Below, one piece after another: positions 1 through 14,500 of a stretch of 64,000 nucleotides of DNA. Origin of the DNA: Blasia pusilla (Eukaryota); assembly GCA_050084515.1 (NCBI GenBank), contig CM114271.1, forward strand, positions 19,034,001 to 19,098,000, read 5' to 3'. Position 1 is the first letter of the stretch, and the number at the start of each line of letters is the position of its first letter. Both the position numbers and the translations under genes were made by a program. The notes under the pieces are model-generated. The model did not search any database. It saw only the letters and a program-made list of their open reading frames with translations, and was not told where the DNA came from.

Positions 1-1360
1 CGAGTGTCTCTGAAGGTTTCAGCTCCATCCGCGATACCTCATATCGATAGTAGTAATTATCTGCCCGATAAATAATCGTGCGTGTATGACGAGCGTCATG
101 ATCGCATCCTCTCATCTCCTGGGAACCCAGGAGAAGCGGCCTCTTATTCAAATCTGCACTCTTGATCGTCGTCCAAAGCTGCGGAAGGCCTCGTCTCTTG
201 CACCTCCATCGGCTAATTACGATCAACTGAACTCATGGTTTTTATTCTTACAATTCTGACGGGAATCGGACCTGCCTTCTTCAAAAATGGTGATTAGTTT
301 CATGCAATTTGCAGTGGTATATCTTCGAGAGCAGCGTTAGCAGATGGCTGGCTATATCTATATGTATGTGTAAATAGTTATGGCGCTGCATCGCTATTAG
401 CTCTCATGAAGATGAACTGCGGTCCTAACTAGTTCGTATAGAGCTGACGGCGGTCGATGGGAATCATACATACCTTCTTGAAAAAGGAAGGTAAGTTAAA
501 CATGCAGTTCTGATGTTTGAGGGCTGCGGGTGGCTATGAATCTCGCACCTCCGTCAGCTGGCCTGGATCAGCAGCAGCTGCGTTTGGAAGTCGTCCTCGA
601 AGTCGCCGGAAAGTCCTAAGGCTCGGGTCCCCGCCAAAAGCGGAACTACCTACCTCCTGCACAAGCATCTCGAAACCGGGCGCAGTATGGATCTTTCAAA
701 GTGATGGGTGGCTGCATCGCAAGCTCGCACCTCGATCAGCTATTCGTGATCACCTGCGCTATACCTACCTGCCTACAAGAAACATTATACTTTCGTGTAC
801 CGCACGCACAGATGGTGGAATTCTAGAAAATGGGGCGCAGACTCTGACAGAGTATACACACATGTACACGCCTCCTATGGTCTAGTTTTCTGAAACCGCA
901 TCAATTTGGTCAAGTAGTACTACTTACGGGCGGGGTCCGAGCAAAGCTCGCAACCGTGGGCCCTAATATTACGTTTGATGGACCGACAGAATTCTCGTGG
1001 GGCAGCGGGTGGCTATTGCGTGCACCTCGGCCGCTCCTATGTCCGGTCTCCTACAACTATACGTATTTTAATGACTAAGAATTCATCCTCACTAGGGCTC
1101 CGAATCCGAGGTTTGAAGGAGGAGCGCACAGCGAGCTTGCAATCGGGAAGCTGGTGGGCGCCGAGTTCACATGTATGGCACACGCCTCAACCTCTTCTTC
1201 CGGGGACTGCAAAATGCAACCTTGCGAGTGCTTCGGTTCAGACTTACTCCAGACGATTCTGTACAAAAAGGAGCTGCTCGATCGACGTGAAGATCGTTGT
1301 AACCGACCCCGCGCAGGTGTTCGATCGGCGAATGGAATCGAGGGCTCGTGGCGATCCGTC

Positions 1361-2778
1361 TCACCAGAAATTCGAGTCCGATTCATAAGTCTGTCCGAAG
1401 TACCAGTCCGGTGGAGTCAAGTTGTTGACGACTTTAACGTACCCGTTGCTCAAAGTGACTATGAATGACAGCTTCTGGTTGGTGAGTTTCACAGGGCACT
1501 CCCAGAACTGCCCCCAGTTCCGCCTCATCGTGTACCAAACGGTTTTGTCTCCCCTCATTTTCATGCCTTTCACGTCTCCGGCTCCCCCCACGTTGAAAAT
1601 CAGCACGAGGTTGAACCAAGGGTTTCCACTCAGAAAGAATTTGATCCCTCCTACCCTCTCGCACGGTACCCTGTTCAAAACACATGCGTCGAGACACAGA
1701 TTTAGATCACACACAATCCTCTCAGTCAGTTCGAGCGAGCGCTAACGATCCAGGACCTCGCCGTGCTTTCATGCCAGAAGCTGCTCTCCTCGCATTCGTG
1801 ACCTTGGGTCTACGCTCTAAATCGAAACTCGACACGGACTGGCGTGATTCCTTCCAGATAGGACACTGACGGTTCTACCAGGTACATTCAATGCAATCGT
1901 GTGGGACTGACACTGGCGAGATTCGAGTACCTCCGGTAGTTGACGGGGATGATCCCGGCGACAGACTGGGCCATCTTCGCGAACATGACGAGCGGCAAAT
2001 CGAAATGAGTTCTGGGCGGGTTGCACCAGCCACCGTCGTTCGTCGGCCGGTACCAGTTGGGAGGGCAGCGGTTGGTTGCCGTGACTCTAATGACAGGGGC
2101 ATTCCGATGACACCACCTTGTGCTGTAACCGCCGGACGCAATGTTGCACCTCAGCTGAAAGCAAGCGCCGCAGGTGAGGCCGTTGTTTAATAGAGTGTCG
2201 CTCAGTGCAGCCGTCTCCAGCCCATAGCCGCGCATCCAAAGATTTCCGTATCCGCATGCACCACCTGCATGTGGGCGATGTCGAAACTCACGATTAGTTC
2301 CACTTCACTGCACATGGACTGCGGCATTTTCATTTGGGCATGAAAATCCCAAACGCGTGACATGAGCACGACATTTATAGACGTGTCGGACGGGACTGCA
2401 GCGCATGCACCGATCGATAGATCGATTCAGCTCTATTTCACTGCAGCTCGTCGCGGTTGTCATTGCATCCATGCGTTGCACCGGAGTCACAATCTCCACC
2501 AGTTTCGTGCACGAGAGGATCTAACAATCGCAAGTTCTAGAGAGCGCTATCGACGGATCCGGAATCGCTGCAAAAATGAAGATCGGCCGCGAATTTGCGA
2601 GCTACGTACCCATTGTTGCTCCGCCACCGTAGTCTCCATAAAAAGTCGCGTGGGAGTCGGTCCACGTCGTAACCTGCCATGGTTCCACTGCATCGACAAG
2701 GCTCAACCGATTGCATAGTAGCTGCACGATCGTGATAGCCACTGCTTGGAGCACGCCCGACTTCTTCATTAGCACCAT
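1361..2778 (-). CDS. EXPA: Alpha-expansin, 3 exons (2778-2610, 2264-1931, 1670-1361), 270 aa
   Basis: Spliced translation gives a hydrophobic N-terminus, [59 protein letters not shown] and WYFGQTYE. Both introns are GT..AG at the canonical EXPA positions (after ATM-G and within RR|V). Exons 169+334+310 nt stay in frame. Confidence 0.96.
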
Positions 2779-5119
2779 ATCGCTGCAGTACCAAAACGTC
2801 CAGATGAACTCCAAGACGTTAGAATTCCAGACGGAAAAATCACCGACATGCCAATATTAAACGAGAGCTCACAAATATAGGAGCATCCTACGTACAAGGG
2901 CTCGCAGACCCCCTAGAAAAAGCGAAAGGATTCTTATCAGATCGACGGGAGACTTTTTGGAATTGTAGACAGAGTCCTGGAGGAGGTGGGAAGACAACTT
3001 ACGAGTGGTCCCGAAGATCTACAGCCTACTGCCTGCAAGACTATCTAAGAACGGAAGAAAGAGAGGCGAACCAACTTCTCTTGGGAAGTAAGTGTGGAGC
3101 TACGGGGCAGCTGAATGGCAGTTAAATAGAGTTGTAGCATCCGGTTCTTTGAATTTTTCTCGACACGCACGAATTCCGCCTCTCATGTGTTGATGGATTG
3201 ATCTGATGTGAGCTCAATAGTGAATTGACCCGTTGCCAAAACTGTCCAAATAGTGAACTCCATTACATATCTCTGCGCCTGTTCTCCACGTAATAGCCTT
3301 CGTGCCCGCGTCCCGTGCTGCGCTCGGGGACCTCCCTCCGCAGGCGCAGGTGTATACTTCTGCGCTCCGACTTTCTCTACAGCATGCACATGTACTTACT
3401 TCATTTCGTTCCCTGGCCCACTCACGCAGCCCGATTCGCCGGTCATCGACTTTCTCCCGCACTTGAAACACTCGTCCCACACCCCATAACCATATATTCA
3501 CCCCCAATTTCTTCGCCTGCTTGGGCTCGACTTCGATCATGAGTGAGCGATGGAACTCACTCGCTCTCTTATCCGAAGATATTGGGTCATTTTGGAAGGA
3601 GAACTGGGCGGCACTGCTTGGCAAAGTAGGCGTTAAGTCGTGGCCGTGCACTTGTAGACAGCAGCAGTGAACTAGTTTAGGAACGTTGGAGAAGACCAAT
3701 GTCAGCGAGATATTAGTGCGAGAGGTCCATTTCCTCTTGCAATTCCATGTGCTTAGGCCATCCAGCAAACGCGGACGTGCACAATTGATGGTGTGTTGTA
3801 GGAATTTCATGGTTCTTTCTAAAAATGTGGTTGTGAGCACTCTCTTGGGCCTTTGGGAGTAATCCCTAGTCCATGGGTTTGAGTGACTTCAGGTAGGGAT
3901 CTTGTTAGCAATTGTGCTAGCACTTTTAATTAGAGCCCAAACCATCAAATATTGCGAGACTTGCGTCCTGCCTTATTGACATGTTAGGAAATCCTAAGTT
4001 AAATAAAAAAATCATTTTCATGTATAGATTCTAATGTGGGGGAGTACAAGTAAGGAAGTACTTAGGGTGGGCGGGCAAGTTATTCCATTTATGACTACTA
4101 ATATATGGGATAGTTATTCATGATTATTAAAGTATGGGAAAGAAGAAAATCCAGCAAGGCAATTACATAAGGCAGAAATTAGAGCAAAAGAGTTAGGTTG
4201 CATGGGAAGGGACACTTAAACCCTAAGCCTAGATAGTGCATCAAACATCACAAGTAAATTTTTTTTATTTAAATTGTATATTAATTCCAAAAGGCATTAG
4301 ATAGAAAATCAAAGAAAAAAAAGAAAAGAAGTGAATAACAATGTCGAGTACGGGAGTTCCAAATGTAAATGTACAAGTTTAATGTCATCATGCGCATGCA
4401 CACCAATACATAACATACATCATTGCCATTAATAAAACTAACAAAATACTACTCTCACACATTTATTCGACCATGCATGAAGTCCAAACATGGCGATGAG
4501 TGGCTATTAAAATATCTCGAATAAAATAGATTTTTTTTTCCCCAAACACAAATTTGTCTTTCTCATATCAAACCAAATCCACAATGAGAAGTTACGGTTA
4601 TTCACAAGACAAGGAGCATCATAACTCGGTCGCTTTATACAAGGCGGTTCAAATGAATGAGCTCCAAAACTTTCTCTCATTGAAGTATTCCTTCCACTAG
4701 AAGAAAATTGGCATTTTATGGTTCTAATATATGACTTGTTACCAATGGAGTTGTACAAACCAAGCCATTTCTCGAATACAAATTAGAAATTGCTCATGAA
4801 CAAAATGGTATATGACTGGAGTTGTGTTTGATGAGTCATATATCTATAACTTATGTTAACGCTATGAGATATAACACGTAGGAATTTGACACCGCATGAT
4901 CTTATCATATGGAATGATATGTTTAGATTATGACATAGTTATATTGACCTTTCTCATATCATCATATGATATGGCATGCGGACTAGATTGCTTATCCAAA
5001 ATGATAGAGCTCAATATGGTTTAACAACACATGTCACATGCTTACTTAATGATTGAGTCATATGGTGATGTGGAATATGATAATGATTCTATAAACCAAT
5101 GGACAAAATCCACATCAAC

Positions 5120-6132
5120 TATCGTGCACCTACTCCTCTTGGAAGTCAATCTCAGATGTTGTGGAAGCGTACGTTAAGTAGGTCACGTTGACTCTATCGA
5201 TCTGCATCCAAACACACTCTCATTAGTATTTGTTTGAGTCAACCATCCTTCCAACTCCCCGAGTTCTCAACTCGTGCCATTCATCAAGATCAACAGATCC
5301 AACTACTCACGTCCCAACACGGGAAAGTCTTCCTAAACTTGGGATAGACTTTTTGGATAGTCCAGACATCTAAACTAGCAATCACAAGTGTCCAATGGAC
5401 CTTGCATGAATCCCTAATCGCCCAAGAATTGAGTCACGGAGTGGAATCTAAGGGTGATGTCCAAAATTTACTCCCTTGGACTTGGCTTGGGTTCATATCC
5501 TAACGCCAACCTCTCGATCCATTCCGTGCCTTTGTTTCGCCCCGTGGCTCCCCAGAGTGGAGTTCAAGTCCCAAGCACCCTTGGAGACCCACCCCCTTAT
5601 ATATACTTCTGAGTTTCTCCGACCTCCCCCTACCTTTGGGAAAGTCCTCTTGGACCGCTCCTTTTGGCCCTTAATCCAACTTTCTTTGCGATAGTTTTTA
5701 GGCAGTTTTTCGGTCTCTACTCATGCCTTTATCAAGATATTTAGTGCGTTGGAAGATGATTTTCCTAAGCTTTCCAATGCCATCTTACTTGTCCCAAACG
5801 CATGTTGGGTTTGGCCGTTATGATCTAAAATAATGGGCAGCAAAGAACCTCTTGGCATGAGGCGGCGGAGCTATGGTCTTGCTTGCCTTGTGTGTGTAAC
5901 CCAAGCCTCTCATTAAGAGAGTGGGTTTGTTTTGATATTGAGAGAGACATGCGAGAGTGCACACATGTGAGAACTATGGTGTGAGATGGTGTAGAGAGAT
6001 TGGATCTTACTTTATTTTGGTACTTCTTGTCTCGTTGTTTGAATGCCATGAGTTAGCATGGGATCGTGCGTATTTGTGTGTGTGTTTGGTGATAGCAATG
6101 TATGTTGTGTAGCGATGTGTATGCGCACGATA
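5120..6132 (+). mobile_element. Degenerate solo LTR, same family as 41435-42473
   Basis: Ends TATCGTGCAC...GCGCACGATA are decayed TGTCGTGCGC/GCGCACGACA. It aligns by eye with 41435-42473 (GGAAGCGT.CGTT.AGTAGGTCACG, GATCTGCATCCAAACAC, GTGCGTTGGAAG..CTTACTTGTCCC). No clean TSD. Confidence 0.7.
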
Positions 6133-6259
6133 ACTATTTTAGTCATTGTTTGTGTTGCGTCCGAGTCATATATAGTGATATATATCATGATTAGATAAGT
6201 CATCTACATTACCATGCTAGTCATTGCATAGCCCTATTAGCCCACCTTGGCCAATTATA

Positions 6260-8300
6260 TTACCATATTGTGGGACTCATAAACTGTCCATGAATCCATG
6301 CATGCAAAATAATGGGCAGCAAAGAACAATATTTATATGTAAGATTGAATGAATGGTGAATAATTTGAAGTTGAAAATCTCTTAATTTGTCAACAAATGA
6401 TTGTTGAATTTCTTCCTTATATGAGATCATTTTTTGTTGAGTCTTTGAAAAAAATTCAACACTCAAACACAATGTGTAAGAAAGCAATGCACAAATTTAA
6501 CTCTTCATATGAAGAAAACCAACACTCAGTTTGTCCTTACTATTATCAATCTACCATGGGCTCCTTATAAGCATTACTTACATTACCTAGGGAATGAACC
6601 TCTTTAAGTTTAGTTCATGCCAAATGATAGAGGATCCAATTGCATCTCCAAGTGTAGGTTGGAGAAGATCATCATTTCACTGGCTTCCCATAATAAAAAT
6701 CCTATTGGATGGTATTCTTCAGGTCCACTTTCACCATGCCAAGAGCTATCTCCTTCTTGTGAAACTTGTCCCTTCTACTCAAGCCTCATACAACTCAAGT
6801 TACTAAAATATTTTGACTAAGATTTGGTTGAGTAAGATGAACCCCATCCCCCATCTATAATTGTAAAGAAGTCAAATGCCAATAGTCAGAAAGGGGCTAA
6901 ATGCCGTAAAATCACTAATCTTTTGGAAATCATATTCTTCCATTAATTACCTCAATGAGGGTCCACCTCCTTATTGGCAAGTTTCTAAAAAATTTCACAA
7001 GTCCCACCTAGTTGGGTTTCCAACATAAGAATTGGCTTGCATAAGGAGAGATTTTCCATTGATATACTCCTATAATGTAGAAAGAAATTGTAATCTAGCA
7101 CAAAAATGTCTATATGAAAAAAAGTATCTGAACGTTTTCCCTTTGCTTTTTGTTGTTGCAATTGGACCCTCTCAATTATCCTTTGCTCATACTCCCAACA
7201 CTCCCTATGCAATTAGTAGTAGGCTTGGACTTCTTCTTATTTCAAGGTGAGGACTCAATGTCTTACTCCGCATGGCATGCATCAAATAAAAACAAATCAA
7301 AACTAATGGGGAAATGTATAATAGCTTGAAGGTGATAGAATTACATCAAGGGTTATTATGCAAACCTTGAGTAGCTACGTTAGCTAATTGCTCCTATTTA
7401 GGGTCCAAATGAAAATCATGATGCAAAGTATTCAAATTTTCAACACATACAAATCAAAAGAGATTGCAAATAATTCACAATTTGGTGTCTACATAGGCTA
7501 CATATTTATTCCATAAGGCTTCAAAGGTAAAGCACTAATAATCTACTAAGACATGCAAAAAGAGAAGGTACCAAACAATACTCCATTTTTTCCACCAACT
7601 AGAAGCATATTTAAGTGGTTCTAACCTTTTGAAATTGATTTGATGGGCCTTTATTCTTGTCCACAACATATGGACATGGACTATGTGTCTTTTCTTGACC
7701 CACAAGATAAAAAATGATTTCATCATATACACTTCTAGCCAAAGTGGGAAGAAGAAGCCATACAAAGCATATCAACAAGCTCTTTAAGTTTTGAACTTGA
7801 CCCATCCTGAACAATTGTAGAAAAATCTCCTCCAATATTGATTGGAGTGTTACCTCTAGCTCTTTGGTGACTTACTTATATCTCATACCAATAATGCTTC
7901 ATCCATAGAAATAGATTCTTCTTCACATTGCCCTAGGAGCAAATGGATTGGAACGCATCAATAAGAAGGGCAAGCATTTGAATGGATTGAACTTACTCCA
8001 TTAAAAGGAAAACATAGATGGTAGAGAATAAAAGAACCTCACTCTTTAGAGTTCTGGATTTGGGACCAAGTTCACCATTACTTGTCAAACATGGTGGAGG
8101 GTCCCCATCTCTTTTGGAAAACTTTGCCACCATGCCCATAAGCTCATTCAACTTCTCTTCCAAGTGTTGTTGGATTCTTTGGAGCTCATGGAAGTTGTTA
8201 TCTTGTGCCCTTTCACCTTTTCCAGTTTAGACCTTCATAGTGCACATCCCTTCATCCATACAATTTTCCATCTCATTGAGCTCACTGGTGAGCTCTGATT
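6260..8300 (-). mobile_element. Highly degraded retroelement coding relic, probably Gypsy pol
   Basis: Broken minus-strand frames with weak resemblance to an RNase H C-terminus (FVDKLRDFQLQIIH) and an integrase tail (EQRIIERVQLQQQKAK). No intact catalytic motif. Confidence 0.3.
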
Positions 8301-9300
8301 CATTTCCCCAATAAAAAAATAGGCCACTCAAAGTGAAGATGTAAGGAACAAGGGTGGAATCTCATCAAAGATAAAAGTAGCAAAAATAGTTCAGATGTTT
8401 ATTTAGTTTTTGTAGTGCTCAACCTTGAAGCCCCATTGAATTCTATGCCTATAGGATTTGGCATAGGCATCTCCTCTTTTGAGAGCCTATATAAAGACAC
8501 TCCTTTCCCCTTCGAGATAATGTCATCATATGCCATTAGCAGGTGGATTGGAAATACATTGCTAATTACAACATGGACGTGAGATATTGAAATAAAGACA
8601 ACCACATTTAATATATATGAATTTACTCCTAATAGTGTATGAATTGAAGTATCGGATTTAGGAATTACAAAAAACCCCTCTAAACCTCCATGTTTGGTGT
8701 AGTTTAAATTCACAACGTGTGATCGAACGTTGATCTTGATCGGCCTTAAGCTTCATGGATTGAGACATCAAATAATCTATCGTCCTTTCCCAATCAAGAC
8801 TCTTGGCCTCAGAGTGAGGAGGGAATTCTTGATGTGCTCCTCCCTTCATCCTTTGTGCCTTCATTGAAGACCTTTTTGGTCTTCAAGAGTTGACTTATCT
8901 TCCTACTTAAGAATTCAGAATCCAATATTGGTGTACCAACATATATTTAGGATTCGTTCATGTAGTTAGTCACCATGGCCATATTCATTGGGTCTTGTCT
9001 ACTAACTTTGACACGTGACAAGTTCAAATAACAAAGTGCTCACACTTTCAGATCATTGAGCTATGGCTCATAACCATGCACCATTATTTCTGGATACCCA
9101 TTTGGCATTAATTCACAATAAGGTTTCAAGTTCTGGTCCTTGCGTTGATTGACCTCGTGCGCCCAAGAATCTCACTTTGATTATGAAGGTCTCCCTCCTA
9201 CAAAATAGCAATTTTAAGGTCATTATGTACCAATAAGGTACAAATTTGGGTCCAAAGAAAACAACAAAGGAATACCAAAAGATTACTAACACCATCGTTG

Positions 9301-9436
<136 letters not shown>

Positions 9437-9626
9437 TGCTGTAGCGGGAAAAATGGTATCAAAAGAACCATTTTGGCCGATACAGCAAATTCTCTCATCC
9501 CAAATCCTTTCCTTGATGACATGTGCATGCAAGTTTCCTCCTTGATCCTAAAATTGTAATAGTGGGTCAGGGTTACTTTCTAAACATATAAAGTCAACTC
9601 TCTCAAAATAAAGAATGTACCCTTAT

Positions 9627-9938
9627 CAAGGTTGCATGTGGACAAAGTCCGTGTCCATGGACTTATATTTGTCCTATGGAAGGACTTGTCCATATGGGCC
9701 CCACCTTTCCCTTCTTTCTCATTCCCCTTACTTGTCTTCGTGTTCCATACTCCCGCATTTCTTCCTCACTCCACCTCCATTCCCTCCTTCCTCATTGCTT
9801 CTCTCATCCTTGCCTTGCCCTCCATCATGGACTAAAAGTATGGGTCCCACCTCTTGGAACCCATGTTCGTGGACATGTCCAGACTTGTCCGTCCATGTCT
9901 GTCCTAAGGAAGGACTTGTCCATTTTTGTGCAACCATA
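9627..9938 (+). mobile_element. hAT-type MITE (subfamily 1)
   Basis: TIRs CAAGGTTGCA.../...GTGCAACCATA; perfect 8-bp TSD ACCCTTAT (9619-9626, 9939-9946). Confidence 0.92.
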
Positions 9939-11379
9939 ACCCTTATTAGTAAGTTCCTCAAATAGGATCTTAATAAGCTTTAACCAAGGAGAAACATATA
10001 CTTGTAGGATATCCTTCTCCTCAAAAAGTCGTCCTTAATCTACAGAGCTCGACTTTTAGTTTCCTTCAAAGTGTTGTGTAGATACTCTCTATTTTGCAAT
10101 AAGAGGTATGATAAAAACTCTTGTGCATTCATATTTCCACATAAAATACATTTGTCATGAATAGCTAAGTCTATGGCGTCCATGCTAGCGGGACCTAGGA
10201 AGCAAGTCATGATCGCAGATCAAAGGAAGAGAGATCTTGGTATGATCGACCCACCAAAAGTTGAAACCTAGACTAGCTGGTTATAAGACTAGAAAGGCTA
10301 GTAAAACTTGCCATATGACTTGGTTAAGTAAGTAACGATAATTAAGATAGGCTTGCTCCTTGAGATTAATCTTAGGAGAAAAGGGGTCTAGCCACTCTTG
10401 GGGATGAGGGCAAGGCAAGAAAGGTATAAGACCTTTGAGTTGAGTTAAGGACCAATAGCAAGGAAGATGGGAGTAGTCAAAAGGGGTGAGAGGCCATGAG
10501 ACTAGTTGCGAAACATGAAGTATAATAAGACAACCATGAGATGCCAAATGGTGGTAGCTAAGACAAGCACAAGCCAAGAGATGATGAGACGCTAAAAAAT
10601 CCGGGTGAGGTTCCAAGAGAAGTTTAGGAACTTTAGGAAAGTCACGATCGGAAAAAATTTCCATGCAAGGTTTAGCACTTACCAGAATTTCAAGATTTTT
10701 GGGCACCAAACTCTTAAGCATCATCGCCCATTTATTTTTGGCATCGTCCACTTGACGCCCTTGTTTGTCACCACATTATTGCCTTTTGATGGCCACTTCC
10801 CTCTCACATATGGATGCCACAAACTAACTCTCCGTGGCCCCACTTTTCTCTCCTTTATATTGGGAAAAAGACTTTCTTTCCTCATTTCTTTGAATTTATC
10901 TCATTCCTCGAAGTTAATGTGGGGAGAATTCATTGATTTTAGTCGCTTCGGAAGTACTTTAGATGGGATGAGATAAACAAAGAGAGTAATAGATATTCTT
11001 GTATGCTTATGTATCCACTTGTGTCATAGGGTGTGTGGGTTTGTGGTGTGGATATGAAATATCTACAATTGCTACATGTTGTGTGGCCACTATTGGAGAA
11101 ATTTTCTTGTGTTTGATAATGACGATTCTTGTTATTTTTAAACAAGTGATCTATTTTTTCTTGAGTTTTTTGATGTCATTAAATACTATTTTCTCTTAAT
11201 ATTTGTAAATAAAATATAAAAAATGGTTATACACACTCATAAAAAAATTAATTGTCATGAGATTTGGTATTTTAATGAGGTAGCATGGGAGAATTATAAG
11301 ACGAGGAAGGTAAAATCCGTGAAGTGGTAACTCAACCCTTCATCAACATAAGGAAGAGTTAGAATAAGAGATTGAGGAT

Positions 11380-11691
11380 CATGGTAGCACAAAAACGGAC
11401 AAGTCCTTCCTTAGGATGGACATGGACGGACAAGTCTGGATATGTTCATGGACATGGGTTCCAAGAGGTGGGACCCACACTTTTAGTCCATGATGGAAAG
11501 CAAGGCAAGGATGAAAGGAACAATGAGGGAGGAGGGAGTGGAGGTGGAGGGAGGAAGAAATGGGGGAGTATGAAACACGAAGGCATGTAAGGGGAATGAG
11601 AAAGAAGGGAAAGGTGGGGTCCATACGGACAAGTCCTTCCATAGGCTGGACATAAGTCCACGGACATGGACTTTGTCCACATGAAACCTTT
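11380..11691 (-). mobile_element. hAT-type MITE (subfamily 1), inverted relative to the 9627 copy
   Basis: Reverse-complement homologue of 9627-9938; TSD TTGAGGAT/TAGAGGAT (7/8). Confidence 0.9.
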
Positions 11692-12349
11692 TAGAGGATT
11701 GCAAGGAATGAGACGAAGGATATTGGGCAACATACTGCCCAAATCAAACATGAGTTTGTGAGTTAGTGGGTGATACCATATTTCCATAAGACTTTTTTTC
11801 TTAGATAGATACTGCTTGAAGTCTGACTCTTGAGGTTGGCACTCAACCCCCCCTTTTCCTCCTCCTACATAAGTACTAGACCCACTAGTTATTTCTCTCA
11901 TTCTTCTCTATCACATTCCTAGAAGTGGGAGCAGGGAGAGTTTGTTGTTTTTAGAGGCTCCCTAGGTACTTTAGGTGGAACATGATATTTTTACTATTGG
12001 TGGATGTTTATACGTTTGCGTACTGACTGTGCGATTTTCTTGTGGTGTAGATATTTCTTATCCATATTTTTGACGTGCTAGCATAAGCATTTCTTATGAT
12101 TTTTATTTTTATAACAAAGATCCCTATTAGTTTGAAACGTGGGATCCATATGCATCACATTTTTTGGTTGATATTTGAAGGTACTTAATCTAGTTATTTT
12201 ACTATGATTATTTTGGGATTCATAAAATATAATTGCATCAATCCATTAAATAAAAGAAGCTAACTTAAGATGTGATATACCATGACAGAATCTTCAACAA
12301 GGAAGATGAAATCTAGGAAGTCAAAACTCATATGGAGGATTGGTAGAAA

Positions 12350-14500
12350 TGAGAAGAAGGGCATTAGGCGGCGACGCAATGGAAAAATTTGATATGAGTG
12401 TATGTGTTGGTGGCGAATATTAGATTTTCACAAGACTTTGGTCTTAGATAGATATTGCACCTATGGAACCCAATATGAGTTTGAGAATTTTGTGAGGAAG
12501 TTGGTGGAGATAGTCAAGATTGTTGACAAATCCTTCCAAGATGGGGAGAAGAATCGTTGGCACATGGCGAAATAGGATGCTTTAGCTTGAAGGAGCATAT
12601 TTTTGTTGTGGATAGAAATAGATAATTGTACAAAATGGATTGAATCCAACTATGAGGATAGATTGGTGACTTCATCGATTCCTCTACCCGATAACAAGAA
12701 AATTGTTTGTTAATCGGGTTGGGGAGTGGAAACATTGATTTACACCCAAAAGATGAAAGATTTGATTCAACCAAGTTGATTGGCCAAATATAACTTGGAG
12801 AAAATGAGGGAGAATACTATCCATTTCTTGGAGTGCATAGACGAATTGGAAGGAGTGAATAGGAGGACACATTTCATTGTTGAGGGGGTTAGAGGTGTTC
12901 TATTTAAACACAAGTCCTTGAGGTTAAAGCTTATATAGACAATGGGAGATTCATTCTCATATGTTGCAAAGGAGTGTAAAAATTGGACACGTCAAACTAG
13001 AGATGTAGTATCTAGATCCGAGTTAAGTGAGTTGAAGAGAATGATGGTTGCATAGCATAGGAAGCGTGCTAGAATTATTCATCCTATTGCCTTCCTTCCT
13101 ATTTTGAGCTTTTCACTCTTCTATTCCCTCTTTGGAATGGTGGAGATCTCTAGAAGATATTAGAGAGGATGGAGTTGATGATGATGACTGGAGTTGGTTG
13201 AGAATGATGATGACCACCATGTAATTTGTGTTCTGTCTGAGTTATGAGTCCATTGATAAGTATAATCCCAAAAAGAAATAAATACTTTGTCGAATAAAAC
13301 TTTTATGGTATTCAATGGTTTGAATCGAGGTTCATTATCGATCATGCATTTGATAGCTTGGTTTTGCATTATTTGCAAGAATCAAACAATATTCCTTCAC
13401 ACTCCTCATGCATGGATTGAAGCAGTGTTCCCATGAGAGATGAAGAAGATTTTATAGTGGTTTTTTTGGATTCTCAAGTAGAGACGATGGGTAACCTTAT
13501 ACCTTAGCCATTAATTATTGTTGATTAGTCACCATCTGAAGCATAGGCTGATGGTCTAGCATTGGATGCTATCATGGAAGTTCTTGTGGATTTAGGCTCA
13601 CCTACCATAAGCAAGTGAGACCACTTCACAAGTAGCAAATGACAAGACCCGGATCATTAGTGCATTTGGACTACTACCGTCGTTCCAATGCTAGGCCCTT
13701 TGCTCACGTTTGCGGAGTTTAAAAAATACCATGAAACATGGTGGAGACTTGGAACTGTTTTTCCACAATTCAGTGGGATAGAGGGCATGAGATGGCGGAC
13801 AGTTTAACATCCCCTTGCGTTCATGAGACCCATGGATAAAATGTGTTTGGGAGGAAAGGAGACCTTGCTGCATAAATATTGAAAGGGAGTAAGGGAGTAA
13901 GGTTGAAGTCGTCCAATATTCATGTAGATTTTGTTTGAATAACAAGGGATGAATATGGATTGGAGTTCAGTATCATTGGGATTGGCAACCCATGCTACTA
14001 CATTGAGGGCTCTAGATGAGATTCCAAGATCAAGGATACATAGAAAATCGCCGACATCTCCATCACCTATTGAGAGGATGCCTAATCCACGTCTTGGAAG
14101 CACGTTTCTATTGTTTCAGGAGAAATCATCCTTGAATCTACTCGGCCATCAAGTTCATCCATCCCTATAAGCCAAGTTTAGGTAATTAGACAAGCGCTTG
14201 AAGCGTCATCAACTTTGCGTTGAAACATCGACAAAGGTGAACCTCCACCATGGCAATCTCATTTTACAGTATCAACAATGCTAGTGGCCCTAGCAGGTTC
14301 TTCATCCCAATCTGCACCGAGCCATGTAAGTCCAATTCATCATAGAGAAGAGTTCTCCACGCTAAAATTTCCATCTTGGGCAAATTGTGGTCTCATTTCG
14401 AGGAATTTACGCTATCCAAAGGGAAACAACCGATGGATTGATTTGAGGTAGAGATCATGGAGCAAATTTTTGAGTGGAAGTCAAAAAGAAGTGATGTGTA
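12350..14500 (-). mobile_element. Degraded LINE (L1-like) ORF2 relic
   Basis: Fragmented minus-strand frames with weak resemblance to the post-RT region of plant L1 ORF2 around 13680-13950. Boundaries approximate. Confidence 0.3.

Noticed and set aside
1422-2190. Plus-strand ORFs over the first expansin (and minus-strand ORFs 45069-46052 over the second)
   Set aside because: Antisense shadows of the real expansin exons.
9615-9965. Recurring ORFs such as MEGLVHMGPTFPFF (also ~11379-11704 and ~61456-61901) that look like a small gene family
   Set aside because: They lie inside non-coding MITE copies bounded by TIRs and 8-bp TSDs.
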